Shown: positions 24,962 to 38,129 of the stretch, one piece after another | Layout of the letters: each line of letters starts with the position of its first letter | Position numbering within the stretch: the stretch's first letter is position 1 | Source of the DNA: Hemiscyllium ocellatum | Lineage: Eukaryota | DNA length: 64,000 bases | Direction: 5' to 3' | Assembly: GCF_020745735.1 (NCBI RefSeq) | Contig: NC_083412.1 | Span: forward strand, 64,384,320-64,448,319 | Made by a program: the position numbers and the translations under genes | The notes under the pieces: generated by a model | Seen by the model: only the letters and a program-made list of their open reading frames with translations | What the model was told of the DNA's origin: nothing | The model's database searches: none

Positions 24962-25062
24962 TGCCTTCATTCCTGATGAAGAACTTTTGCCCAAAACGTC
25001 AATTTTCCTGCTCCTCGGATGCTGCCTGACCTGCTGTGCTTTTCTAGCATCACTCTAATCTA
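24962..25062 (+). mobile_element. PLE terminal repeat fragment (family A)
   Basis: CCTGATGAAG...CCCAAAACGTC...GGATGCTGCCTGACCTGCTG. Confidence 0.75.
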
Positions 25063-25717
25063 CGCACCATACCTGTGGCCTACTCCGTAGACCCTGACCA
25101 CTGCAAGAGGCTAGCTGACTGTGTTCAAGCCCCTGGACTGAGATCAGGCACTACTATTGTCAGGGACCCCCCTGATTGAAGGCTGTCTCCCTTGACCTGA
25201 ATGAGGGCTACACCCCTTAGAATTTGAGACATGGCCGTTTGGTTGAGGCAATGTGCAGTGTGTTTGCTGGCACATGGTGTTAATATGGTGCCACACAAAA
25301 GCATGCCCCCTTTGATTGTTCACTCCTGACAGCCTTGTCAAGCTGCTTGGCATTGTCTGCACTGAAAGGCAAGGTTGTGTGCTGAGAGCCTGGAATTTCT
25401 GAATATGTAGTGGAAAATTGCAAAAAAGAGATACTGTGAACATCCCTGGAAACCACACTGGGTCCGTCATTCCGCCACCTGTTCTATTGTCAATCTCCTG
25501 CCTTTTCCCCTTATCTCTGCACACCAAATAATCTTCCAATTCATTCACTAGCAAGATTCTCATCACGCTTCCAAAGCTTAGTTGCAAAATTGGATATTTT
25601 ATTCCTGACGTTGAGAATCTCTTTCTTTTCTGAACTCACCTAACTCTCCCAAGCAACTTGCCATTGCTCACATTGTTCAGGAGCTGGGAAAATTCTGTGG
25701 ACCAATCAAATGAAGAA

Positions 25718-26365
25718 GAAATCATAGAAACCATAGAAATGGTACAGCACAGAAGGGGAACATTCAACCCATCTTGTCCATGCTGAGCCAAAGACATGCC
25801 GATGCCTTTTCTAATCCCATCTTCCTGTACACAGCCCATAGCCCTGCAGCTTATATCACTTAAGGTGCAGATCCAGATACATTTTAAAAACATTTAGGGT
25901 CTGTGCCTCCACCACCAACTCAGGCAGCAAATTCCACACACACACACCACACTCTGTGTAAAAATGTTTTTCCTCACATCCCCTCCAATCCTTCTGCCAC
26001 TCAGCTTGAATAGATGACCCCTGCTTTTGAACTCTCTACCAAGGGAAACAGATTCCTCCTGTCTACTCTATCCTTATCCTTCTAATTTTCAGACCTCATT
26101 CATGTCACCCATCCACCTTTTCAGTTCCATGGAAAACAACCCCAACCTCACCTATCTCTCCTTCTAGCTACAATTCCCCAGCCCTGGCAACATTCAAGAA
26201 GATCTTCTCTACACTCACTCCAGAGCAATTATGTCCTTCCTGTAATGTGGTGACCAGAACTGCACACAATACTCCAATTGTGGCTTCACCAGTGTCTTGT
26301 ACAGTTTTGTCATTATGTCCCTGTTTTTGTATTCTATACCTCTACCAAAGAAGGAGAACATTCTA
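25718..26365 (-). mobile_element. CR1 3' part, decayed
   Basis: CATAGAAACCATAGAA tail; reverse-complement LEYCVQFWSPH region (GACCAGAACTGCACACAATACTCC). Confidence 0.8.
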
Positions 26366-28655
26366 TATGCCTTATTTTTAAAAGGATGATAAAGATGTTG
26401 TCATGTATTTGATGTTGTGATAAAAGTCTACAGGGTGAAACTTCTTCTGAGTTTCATGCACATCACACACCCCTGCTTCAAATGCACCTGGAGTTTCTGT
26501 TGGGCCCATTTGTTTAGCAAATAGAGTGTAAACACATTAAGTGCACTAATAGTGGAATGCTGAGCTGAAATAGGAAACAATAATATATGTTGGTGACTCC
26601 CACAGTCCAATAATGAATTAAGGAATAATGGCTCCATCTCAAACTCAAATAGTTTATGTGATTTGGCATAGTAAATCAGGACTTAATTTGCAAAGAGAAA
26701 AAAAATACATTAATGTTATGATTTATCATATCTCTCAGAAATATCTCTCATATGAAGAATTGCTATGACTCCTATGTAGGCGAATGCAGCATCTGCCTTG
26801 CAATGACTGAGTGAGTAGTTAATTTGTTTTTAATTCCAAAACAAAATATGGTGAGGCTGGAGAACTCAAAGTTAAAGCTGAAAGTGCTGAATGTAAATGA
26901 GGTCTAGTTGCATCTGTGAAGAGAGATGTAGATGTTTCAGGTTGATGGCTTTTCAATCTGAAACCTTAACTCTTGTTTCTCTCCAGATGCTGTCAGACCT
27001 GTATAACCAGCCTAAACCCAAAGTAAGGCATGATTTAATTTTTGCTGATTAGGCACTTTACTAAAAGGTGCTGATAAATGGGAGGTGGAGGAGGATCAAG
27101 GCTACTTGGGCAATACTGTATCCCAATAAGGCTTCTTACAACAACACTGAATTTACCCGCATACCACATTAATTATGTGCCTTCCTATAAGGCTCTCACC
27201 CTTTGACTGTATCAGCAACAGAGGGCACTAGTGAGCACAGTGCTGGCATTCTTAGGAATTTCAGGGTCAATGTGTTGATATTTCAGGATAATATATTAAA
27301 TTGCATAACAAATGGAACTTGTTCATCTTGTCCGTTGTCAATTAATATCACAGTCAGCTGCTGATGCCAGTGACTAGAGACAGTCCCAACAAGCAAGCGG
27401 TTATAAACAGTTTCAGTACTTTCATTGTTGTGGCAAAAGCTACTATTGCTCCAAAAGCAGTCTGCATTAAGTTACTGCTAGTGTCAGATGTGGTACTGGG
27501 ATCTCGGTCCTCTGATGCTGTAACACCTGCAATGATAGCAGCAGCAGAAACCTCTTTACGTTGTTTGTCCCCAGAACGGTTACCAGCAGAAAAACCAGCA
27601 AAGTAGAACAACACACATAATTCTGTAAATTACCTTCTGAATTATTTACTTTTGTTGAGCATTTTTTGATGCTTGACATGCACAAACCATTTCTAATCAC
27701 AGCACACGAAAAGCATTAACCTGGACGATGATGCTCACACCGGCAGAAGTAAAGGCAGGTTTCCTTCCATATGTTTCAGCGCAGAAAAAAAATGTGTCAA
27801 TTGATTTAACATGAAAGGAAACATCTGTTTAGCTTCTAGATTCCTCCAGGGATTCCCCGGTCCAGCCCTCATAAATACATGGTCTTCTCAAGATCACTTT
27901 ATTAATCAGAAAGCTGAAGTGGCTTATCTGATGAGTGTGAATTTCCACACAGTGTATGTTTACAATATCTCTGTATTGACTCTTGAACAATGAGCTGTCA
28001 CCTACTTAGATCACATTGTTTCCATTCACTGTTTTGTTTGAACCCCCACATAAGATGCATACTGTAGATATGAAACACGGGAGAAAAGATTAAGCGCCCC
28101 GTTATGGAATGAACACATAGACAACAGTTTAACATAATAATCCAGTTTTTGAGACAATTGTCGATAACATTTTGCTTAGGTACTGTAGGACAAGCATAGA
28201 CCCCCCCACCCCCACCCCCACTGTAAATCTGTATAAGTGTGCTTCTTTTAGCCCTTTTGTACTGATACCATGAAGTTAATATAATTTATATGTACAGATT
28301 TGGTTTTTTTTTAAAGAAAATTGAGATGAGATGGGAATACTGGGAAATCTTTAACAAAGTTAGGTAACACAGCTTCTGATATTTTGTCCATTAGTGCAGG
28401 TATCCAGCGATCTATATTATCCACACCCTTTCAGCACCAATATGCTCTACTCCAACATTTACCCATCTGCTGAAGCTACTGTGGCAACTCACCAAGCAAC
28501 CTCAACCACCAAACAATACAAAAGCAGGAAATCTGTACGGACACTACCACATGCCTGTACCATCCTGGCCTGGACATATTGCTGTTCCTTTATTGTCACT
28601 GAGCTAGTTCTATAATTATAATAGTATGAGTTTCTTCAGAAGCACCATATTCACA

Positions 28656-28958
28656 TTAGATTAGATTATTTACAGTGTGCAAACAGGCCCTTCTGTCCAA
28701 CAAGTCCACACTGACCCGCCGAAGCACAACCCGCTCAGACCCCATTCCCCTACATTTACCTCTACACCTAACACTACGGGCAATTTAGCTTGGCCAGTTC
28801 ACCTGACCTGCACATTTTTGTACTGTGGGAGGAAACCGGAGCACCTGGAGGAAACCCACGCAGACATGGGGAGAATGTGCAAACTCCACACAGTCAGTCG
28901 CCTGAGGCGGGAATTGAACCCAGGTCTCAGTGCTAACCACTGTGCCACCGTGCCGCCC
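28656..28958 (-). mobile_element. HE1 V-SINE
   Basis: Head, V-domain and (TCTAA)n tail. Confidence 0.85.
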
Positions 28959-29904
28959 ACAAGGTCATGTTTTCAGTGATACTGCTCGGAAGTAGACATG
29001 TTGCAGTGATTGGCACCGTAATCTAAATGCTACCAATCGTATGCAAAGTCACATTGCTCTTAACTGGTGCCAACAAACACTTTTTCTGCAGAGAGATGAG
29101 CACACAGCTATGCCATCTGCTATTAAGGCATGTCTAATTACTAAACCACAGAGGACTATTACCATCATTGGTAGCCTGTTCACTACATCACTTGTGCATG
29201 TTTTGAGCCCCTCTATGGGAAATTGAAATGTTGATTTACTAGGACAGTGTTATGGAATAGCAAGGAGGGCACCTTTCCTACAGCTAGGTCACAAAATACA
29301 ATTGTGTGTTCTTGACTACAGATTTGAGACATCTGTTTCAGCCGTTTATTTGTGATTATGCAGCTATTAATTTTTAGAACCTCTTGTGATGGTGTGTTAT
29401 ATGACAAAGCTGTACAAACTCTAGAAAATCTTAACAAGGTTTCCATAGCTGATCTGCCAAATGTGACATCTGCTGAAGTAACTAGAAATCTAATGATTCA
29501 ATCAAAAGTTTAAAAATACTTAGTCATTACTCCACACGCAAAACTGTGTAAACATGGAACATATTGCTCATTAAACCCTTTAAGAATTAAAAGTCATTTT
29601 TCATTTTCTTGACACACAGATTAACTACCAGGTCAAAATTCTATAAGTCTCTACTTCTGATGAGTGCTAAATAGATTGACAAGTTGACAGATAGACATTT
29701 ATCTTTGTCATATATTTTAAAAACATTTGGGCAGTGAGATTTCTTGTATTGTCAGCAGAAGTCCAATGTTAGAACAGTACTCAGGGTTTTGATTTAACAT
29801 CATTAATCTATTTTCAAGAAGTTGTAATAACTTTGTTAAAATAATATACAGCAATTTAATATAATAAGCTTCTGCATTCACATAATGTCTTTGACATTTT
29901 CTGG

Positions 29905-30631
29905 ATGTAGCTATTATGAATGATTTTAAGATAAACAATTTCCTCTGGTAACCAACGGTCAGGGACTTCAAAAAGCGGCAACAGTTCGGGAGAAATGTAA
30001 AAAGGAATATTTTTCATGAGAAAAGCTGTTAAGATCTGGTTCACGGTGCTAAAGTAGAGGTTTTTATTTAATTGTACAGCATCAAACCTTCATCAACCGA
30101 TGAAAACAAAACATTCTAAATCACATTTAATTCAAATATTTTTAGTCGTCTTAAGCCAGTGTTCCTGATAAAATAATTTGGCAAGTATTGTAACAAAGTA
30201 GCTCACAAAACGTTTTGTTGTAGTGTATTGAGCATATTGTAGCATTGAATCATTTTCAAACTGGCTTCAGTTACAAGGTCAAAGGCATCTGAATGTAAAA
30301 TTAGCTGTTGAACCCTCAGCAAAGAAAGAGGCTATTCAGTATATCAGGCCTACATCAGCATTTTGAAAGGATTTTTCACCTTAGTCCCAAACTCAGCCAT
30401 TTTCCCTGTAACACTGCTAATGAATCATCTTCAATTACATGCTCCTTTGAATTATTCCACAAAAACTGATTCCATCACCCTTCCAGGCAGTGTGATCCAG
30501 ATCTTAACAACTTTTCTCATGAAAAATATTCCTTCTTACATTTCTCCCGAACTGTTGCCTCTTTTTGAAGTCCCTGACCGTTGGTTACCAGAGGAAATTG
30601 TTTATCTTAAAATCATTCATAATAGCTACAT
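29905..30631. repeat. Inverted duplication, 135-bp arms, 457-bp spacer
   Basis: 29905-30039 is the reverse complement of 30497-30631 with 3 mismatches; also visible as mirrored ORFs (ISPELLPLFEVPDRWLPEEIVYLKIIHNSYI). Confidence 0.95.
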
Positions 30632-30800
30632 TAGATTTCTACTTAATCTCCTCTGCTCCAAGTACTGCAAATCCCTCTTCCTCCAGTCTCTCTTAGAAAC
30701 AGAATATCATCATCATTTGTATTATCCTGGTTAGCTGCTTTTGTACCCTCTATAAAGCCTTGATATCCATTCTGAATTGGATTGTACACAATACTCCAGC
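30365..30800 (-). mobile_element. CR1 3' part, heavily decayed (donor of the 135-bp inverted copy)
   Basis: Reverse-complement CR1 C-terminal motifs. Confidence 0.65.
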
Positions 30801-31099
30801 TGAGGTTTGTACGGTTGAGAGAGTTTTAAGGAGGATTCCTTCTCTTGGAATGTGGCTAGTGTTTAGAATGCTCTCTTTTCGAGATCAGTGGAGGTTAGGT
30901 CATATTAAATTGAGAGTTGGTTTGATGCATGAGGGCATTAAGGGCTATGGAGAATATGCAGGAAAATGGAGTTATTGCCTGGCACGAGCAGGTTTGAGCA
31001 ACAGTCTGCTCCTGAACAATTTGTTACGTTGTATTCTTTTGTCATTCTCTCTTTGCATGTCTTCCACCCCTTTCAATGTTCCCCTGCACTTCCCCTACC

Positions 31100-31350
31100 A
31101 TCATGGCAGATGGTAGCATTTGAATTCAATAAAGAGCTGGAATTAAGAGTCTCAGGGGTGACCATGAATCCCTTGTCAATTGTTGGAAAAAAACCCATCT
31201 GGCTCACAAATGTTCTTTAGGGAAGGAAACTGCCAATGTACCTGGTCTGGCCCAGGATGTGACTGCAGACCCAGAGCAATGTAGTTAACTCTGAGAATTA
31301 GGGATGAACAATGAATGTTGGCCTAGCCAGTAATGTCCTCAACCCATGCA
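31100..31350 (+). mobile_element. Second shark SINE family
   Basis: Same core; 3' end GGGATG..AATG.TGGCCTAGCCAG. Confidence 0.7.
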
Positions 31351-32269
31351 TTCTGTAAAGAAAAAGGTCTATGTATTCTGCCTGGATTTGATTATACTCT
31401 CTGCCTGACGTTTGGCATAAGCCACCTTTCATGGTTGTGGTTCTCTTTCTCTGTCAAGACGAGAGTTCAAACTTTGGATGACCCATCTTCTTCCAGAAGT
31501 GAATGCTCCTGACTGAGACCCAAACTATCTCCTACTGTCATTCTCAATTACAGCTGAACTTCTTTTTGATTCAGGTTGTACTAGATTTATATGAAGTTAT
31601 TGAAACGGGCTTTGACTGGTTCGATATTTTGATTTGGTTTATCTTTTGATATTTTGATTTTGATTATCCTTTTCTGTAAGCACATTAAAGCTGATGATAT
31701 GTTGATCATTGTTACCATGTTTCAGTCTGGCTCATATAGCTTGCAATTGTCTGACTTCACTCCCGAAAGCTAGATTTCAGTTGGTCCGCTTTCTCATTGG
31801 ACTGGAAAATAACTGATTGAGAAAGTTCCTTTGTGTAGGTTTTAAGATTCCTTCATCCTCCTTGCATTTCTTTTTGAGTATTTTTTAAGTATACTGTTTA
31901 AGTATTTAATGTTTACCAGTTATACACGGTAAATTTGAGCTTTTAATTAGTTAAAAAATGTGTCACTGCCAGGGCCCGTTCTTAATATGTCATTTATAAC
32001 ATGATTATTAAGAATATTATATCGATTTTTTTTCAGTCAATTACTTCAGCATTTATGACGATACCAACAATAATTTATTTCCCTCCTCTTTCATCTCTCC
32101 ATACTACATTTGTCAGCAACTATCATGTCTATGTGAAATTTTTAAAAAGCGATGATTAGAAGTGAACAGGATGGCAAGGGTGTTAATGTTGACTAGATTT
32201 CACCACATTTGATTTTTGATAAAGGATTTTAATGGCAGATTGCATTTTTAAGTTTACTGAGTACGCTCA

Positions 32270-33075
32270 ACTGAATCAAGATCCCTGTAGATCGTAGAAC
32301 AGGTCAGTAAGGTGGTTAAGAAGGCTAACGGGATACTAGCTTTATTAGCTGAGGCAGGGAAGTTATGCAGGAGTTGTACGAAACACTGGTTCGCCCATGA
32401 CTGGAGTGTATATGTGCTCTGGTTATCACATTATAGGAAAGATTTTAAAGTGAGAGGAGAGAGATTTTAAAAAGATATAAGAGGCAAATTTGTCACACAG
32501 AGGGTAGTTCATGTGTGGAATGAACTTCCTGAGAAAGTAGTGGATGCAGGTACAATTACAATGTTTAAAAGACATTTCAATAGATACAGAAATAGGAAAG
32601 GTTTGGAGCGATATGGGCCAGGAGCAGGCAGATGGGATTAGTTTAGTTTGGGATTATGTTCGGCATGGACTGATTGGACCGAAGGGTCTGTTTTTGTGCT
32701 GTATGACTCTATGTGAGTGCGCTAGAGAATGTGTGGAGGAGATTTACACATTGCTGCTGGGGCTGGAGAGTCTGAGCTAAGAGGAGAGATTGGATAGGCT
32801 GGGGTTGTTTTCCCCAGAGCAACGGAGGTCGAGAGGAGACCCGATAGAGGTGTATGAGATTATGAGTGGCATAAGAAAGTGGTGGGAGTCTGGAATTCAC
32901 TGTCTGAAAGGGTAATTGAGTCAGAAACTGTCATATCATTTAAACTATATTTGGATAGTCACTTGCATTGCCATAGGCTCTGGGGACATAGACCAGAAAC
33001 TGGATAATGGAATTAGTATAGTCTGATCTTTGACTGGTACAGACAGGATGGAACGAATGGCCTTATTCTATGCTG
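32270..33075 (+). mobile_element. Cluster of CR1 fragments with two 3' ends
   Basis: QRVVHVWNELPEKVVDAG-type region; 3' UTR tails near 32710 and 33070. Confidence 0.8.
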
Positions 33076-33159
33076 TAAGTATCTGTGAATTGATTTCCAT
33101 TACTATTTGGCTTTGAATAAAATGTAAGTGGTAAAGAATATTTGGCCTTGTACAGTGCA

Positions 33160-33394
33160 ACGCTGATTCATATTTCAAAATTTTCATGAACCAAAAACGT
33201 AAGCAAATGGACGTCTTCACATAGAAAATAAGGGCAAGCAGAACTTCCGGGTCATACGGACGCCTCAATGCACACCTGCACCCCAACATATCCGAGTGCC
33301 ATTAACACAGATGCAGTACCAGCCGTGGTTTTTGTAAATGGCTTTATCCTTTTAAACATTTATTTGCGAAAAATTTGTGCTGAAGTATTAACAG
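33160..33394 (+). promoter_or_regulatory. Putative promoter/first exon (CpG-retaining, ETS/GABP motif)
   Basis: About 9 CpGs in 200 bp of AT-rich DNA; ACTTCCGG at 33243-33250; GACGTC just upstream; donor ACAG|GTATGT at 33394. Confidence 0.35.
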
Positions 33395-34447
33395 GTATGT
33401 TTGACAGGAAAATATTATATGTTATTCTGTTGAATGCTGTGCAAAATGTTTAAAATGGCAGTTACTTGGGTGCTGTAAAATGGTTTCGAAAGCGAAAATT
33501 AAAACGTGCAATTGTAATGTTTCTTGGAAACTTGTATTCCCAATGCTTATTACTATACCTTAAAATATGAAAGAAGTATATTTTTGTGTGCAAACAGATT
33601 ATAATACATGTTGTAGACGAAACAATGTAATTTAACAGGAATTTACGATACTCGACTAACAGGAAACAGCGCAGTGGGTGTTGACTGAAAATGGTTTAGG
33701 TTTTTTAGTTTCCACTCAGCTTAACAAAAATATTCACTGGTTGTCTATTGATTTCAAAAATGCTCATGAATAAGATGCAGACTCCATATGCTCTGTAACA
33801 ACTACTTTGAGCAATGGATTGTGAATAATTATGGTATTTCTAAATTTAAGATTGAAGGATTGTGCAGCCAAATTAAAGCTAGCAGTTGTTATATAGAAAA
33901 ATCTTGTAAAAGATATTGTTCAGTCTTCTCAGGTAAGTAATTTTTTTTTAAATTCTTCATCAACAAGTATTTGTTTTAGGACATGGTGACTTTACTGAAA
34001 TTATATCCCAAATGTAGAGTAGTTGAGGTATTGTGAATATCTTATGTGTTATAATTTATCAAGTTAGCCTTTTATCAAAAATGATACATCTTTAGAAAGA
34101 ATTCAGCTACAGGAAATATGTGAATGTAATTTCTTCTTTTTCAGAAAATTGACAAAATTTCAAATTAGCCCATGGGGAGCTCCTTGCTCTATAAAACAAA
34201 GACTGGGGTTCAAAGCCCAGTTCTGGATTTGTTTAAATTGATGAATTTAAGATGTCAACAATTTTTGTAAACCGTTGACAAAATCACTGAGGAAATGGAA
34301 AGGAGACCATATCAGAAAGAAGTAAATTCTAGTCAATTCCACTATCTCCAATTCACAACGATGCTCTGTTGATGCTGAGCATGGGATGGACAACATTAGG
34401 TTTTTAAATTATGTGAAATGAAGTATCCAGAAGTCACTTGAACATAT

Positions 34448-34830
34448 CAGCTGAGACTCAGTTGGTAGCGCTTTTGCAGAATGTCAGAATGTTGTGGATT
34501 CAAGTCCACCTCCACCCAAGACCACGAAAGTCAAGGCTGTTACTCTGCTTCAATACTGAGGAAGTTTAACTTTTTTAAAGGTGCCATGTTTTGACTGAGA
34601 TGTTAATCTTGTTTGCCTCTTGGGTGGATGCAAAGAATATTATGACACTCTTTTGAAAGAGAACAGGAAGTGTATCCTGGGTGTCCTAGCAAATATTAAC
34701 TCACAATCAATATCACAAATATCACCATCATGTGCTCAGCTTGATTATTGTGTTTCTTACATTCCAATAGTGACTGCATGCTTTAGGACGCCCTTGGTCG
34801 CTCATGAAATCACTACATACATACAGGTCA
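34448..34830 (+). mobile_element. SacSINE1-like Deu-domain SINE, decayed
   Basis: tRNA-like head and a segment resembling the recalled Deu-domain (GTGGACGTAAAAGATCCCATGGCAC...GGTGTCCTGGCCAATATT). Confidence 0.55.
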
Positions 34831-37740
34831 TTATTTCTATATCAAGAAATCCAGATAAAAAATGGAATTTTCTTTAGTGAATGCAATGTTTAAACTTGGA
34901 CCCGCAACATATTTATTTAAACCACCAATTACTTTTAACTTGACGACAAATTCAGAATTCTCATGCCAATTCTTTAGAAATGTGAGCAGACCTGGGCAGT
35001 GGTGGAGAAGTGCATGATATAAATCTAAAATAGACAAATATCCAGTGCTCAGAATTCTGCCACTGGTTGGGTAAAGGCAGAATTTGGTTGAATTTCTGGT
35101 GAGGGATCGTAATTTAGTTGCACTGAGTTTTCTCTCAATCCACTGGGTGGACAGTTCTGACAAGAGAGAATATGTTCTGTCTGCCCCACTCAACACCAAG
35201 TCAAGAAGAGTTGCAGCTCTCCCACTCTGGGCTTAGTGAAGGCACAAAGATCGCAAAGCTCAATGGTAATTGATGACTGGATTACCGAAAGGCCCTGAGA
35301 ATCCAGAGAATAAACACCAAAATATTTTGATTCTGTCCGTTCGGGTTCTGTGATTCTTCCTCTTGGGGCAACAGGGAACCACAGCATGCATCATAGTGAT
35401 GAATGACCCTAATAGACTCTATTCTTGGCATTGGAACTGGGGCACTGCAGAGCCATGGTGATGAACAGAATTTCTATTCTACTACACTTCTGGCAGTGTC
35501 ATTAGTCCAGGCTCCAGATTCCAGATCTTCTGTTTAAAAAGGTTTCCATAGGAAACCAAAGGACAGCGTCCCATTTGGGATGACTGCAGTTGAATTTGTG
35601 AAGATGAATCGGTTTTGTATATTCTTTTCACTGCAGACAGTGTTTTCCTGACAAGGACCTAACATAAGATGGTACAGAAACTCTTGATACCATATGATAG
35701 TCCCATTTTTTTGTGGGCTAATTGAAATGTTATCAATAGTGATGAAGTAAAATTGTTGATACAGCAACACAATCCATCCACCAAATTATTTATTTTCTAT
35801 CAGGCTGAATGCCGAGGTTCAAATTTGCTTTGAAAAGCTACGAATGTACATTTTAAGATACCAAGTGAAAAAAAATATTGTTCTTTACTTGCTGGTTATT
35901 TTAATATTGAGTGTTTTAATTTGATTGGGCATTGAGGATGCTGTTTTTGGGGTTTTTTTCTTGTCAGTTTTTCATAGTGTCTCAACTATAGTTGTATAAA
36001 TAAATATTCTATTTCCTCTGTGGAAAAAAACTGAGCAACAGATTATAAATTTAAAAATACAAGTCAAATTAATATATAGTCCTGTAATATCAATAGTTGT
36101 TTGCTTGATATAAAGACATTTTATTTGGCTTCAACTTATTCTCAACCCTGTAATACTGTTAAGAAAACAGTAAAATAGTAGCCTTTTTATGATTGTGTTT
36201 GCTGCAGTTTTCAATTATCTGCACCATGACTCTAAATGAGAGTCAAATTTGCAACCAAATATGAATTATGTCCATTTTTAAACTTGGTCACCACAACGCC
36301 ATTGTTGAGGGTCAAGATGTATGCACTGCTGTAAAAGCAGATGCGTGGAATGGTTGCTTTGCAAACTAGGTGGGTGCCTCAGTCTTTCAACCAGCTCTGC
36401 ACTTAGGTGGTAGATGAAACTATGATAAGATGCAGAGCACCATTACTGCACAGGAAATCCACAAGCTTAGAGGTAGTTCCACTCATATAAACTTGCCGCA
36501 ATGAGATGCTTTTGAAAGTTCTTTTAGACCACACTGAAAACATACTGCAAACGGTGAGCAATGCAGTATGCCACAAGGAAGATGAAGTTCACACAGTTTT
36601 GTGATAAAACTGAGTGAAATTCAGATGGAATAGGTGGTTATAGATATTGGAACTAGAATGTTGATAAGCTGGCTTTCTGATTCTGTTAAATTTGGATTGA
36701 AGGAAGGTAGAACTGAAAAGTATCTACCGTTATCTATCATTAACAACTCTTTAAGAATTGATTTTGTCTAAAAAAAAGTTAAATTCAGGTCAAATAATTA
36801 AAAGATTAGGCTGGAAACTAAATTAGACTTGGAGGAAATATTAGCAACGGGATGGGAGTTGACAAGATGCATGATTAAGAAAGTGGTTGATGACTGCAGT
36901 TTTCCCATAATCCACATTCATGCCCAAGTAAAGGGACACCAGTAACATTGCAATTAACATGGGACCAGGATGAGGAATTGAAGTGTCTCCAACTGAATGG
37001 GACCAGAACTAAGGGATTAAGGTGAGGAAGAGAGGGGAGATTGGGCCATTATAGACAGTGTGTCTGGCTGAATGGGAAGGATGGATTGTCAAAGTGAGAG
37101 AAGCGGCTACACAGTTGGAAGAAATCCAAAAGCATTTTAAACTTGATACTAGAGTTGACTTGGAAGAGTACAATGGAGGCTAAGGAATTTGAGAAGGTAG
37201 TAAGTCTTCAGTTTGCTCATGCCCTTGAAAAATGGCCGTGGAGTAGAGCAGAGGATTTTTGGAGATCAGTCCTTTCTAAAGCAGTTAGGATCTTCATGGT
37301 AACCTCAGCAAATGTGGGAAAGACTCCACTTTGTAACCTCGTCCCTATCCTGATATGTGGTGACTCTTAGGTTAAACCAATCTCTCTTGAATCAGAGATC
37401 AACCCTATGGTCCATTCGGAGTATGACTGGGCTGACTGTCACACAAAGAGCTACTCAAAGAACTTCCCGGTAATACATACTGAAACCAATATTTCAGGGG
37501 AGGATCCAAAAGCATTCTGGCAGATAATGAAGAAATTTACCACAGAAACAGCACAGGAAAAACCAAGGAACTGTGAATTTTCAATAATTGTACATTTGTT
37601 AAGTCTGAATGCAGTCAATAAAGCAACTAATCAACATCAAACTTGGGTTAAAAAGTTACAGTTAAGACCAACCAAAGGAAACTAAACTAAACTAAATTTT
37701 CTTTTAACTCTTTTTAAGATGGTCATTATTCCACTTTAAC

Positions 37741-37764
37741 TGTGTGTGTGTGTGTGTGTGTGTG
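37741..37764. repeat. (TG)12 microsatellite
   Basis: Direct reading. Confidence 0.95.
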
Positions 37765-38129
37765 AATTTAAACGCCATATACTTGGTGTTTTATTATTTT
37801 CCTTGAGTTTAACAGCTTAATTTGTTCTGTTTTATGACTGAAGAAACTGTTGTTCATTGGCTTCTAATGGTTTCCAGAAAATAAATAGTTCACAAAGAAA
37901 ACCAAAGAACTGTGGTGGGAAAGTTCAGCAGGTCAGGTCGCATCTGTGGAGAGAAAGCACAGTTAATGTTTTGGGTCCAGTGACCTTTCTTCAGAATCCA
38001 GTTAACGACGTTTTAGTTGGAGAGAGATATATTGTCTTCTAAAAAACAGCCTTTGTCGTGCCCAGTGGAAGAACTTGAACAAAAGGGAGCCAATTAACCC
38101 CTTCTCATGGTCATGGTACTTTCCAGACA

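Noticed and set aside
33257-33364. Minus 35-codon ORF with ASVLMALGY resembling MPC2 SAVLMATGF
   Set aside because: Short chance match without exon structure.
34837-35770. Three successive minus ORFs (78, 65 and 120 aa)
   Set aside because: No recognisable domain, no consistent splice signals, and different frames; probably chance or a very old repeat.
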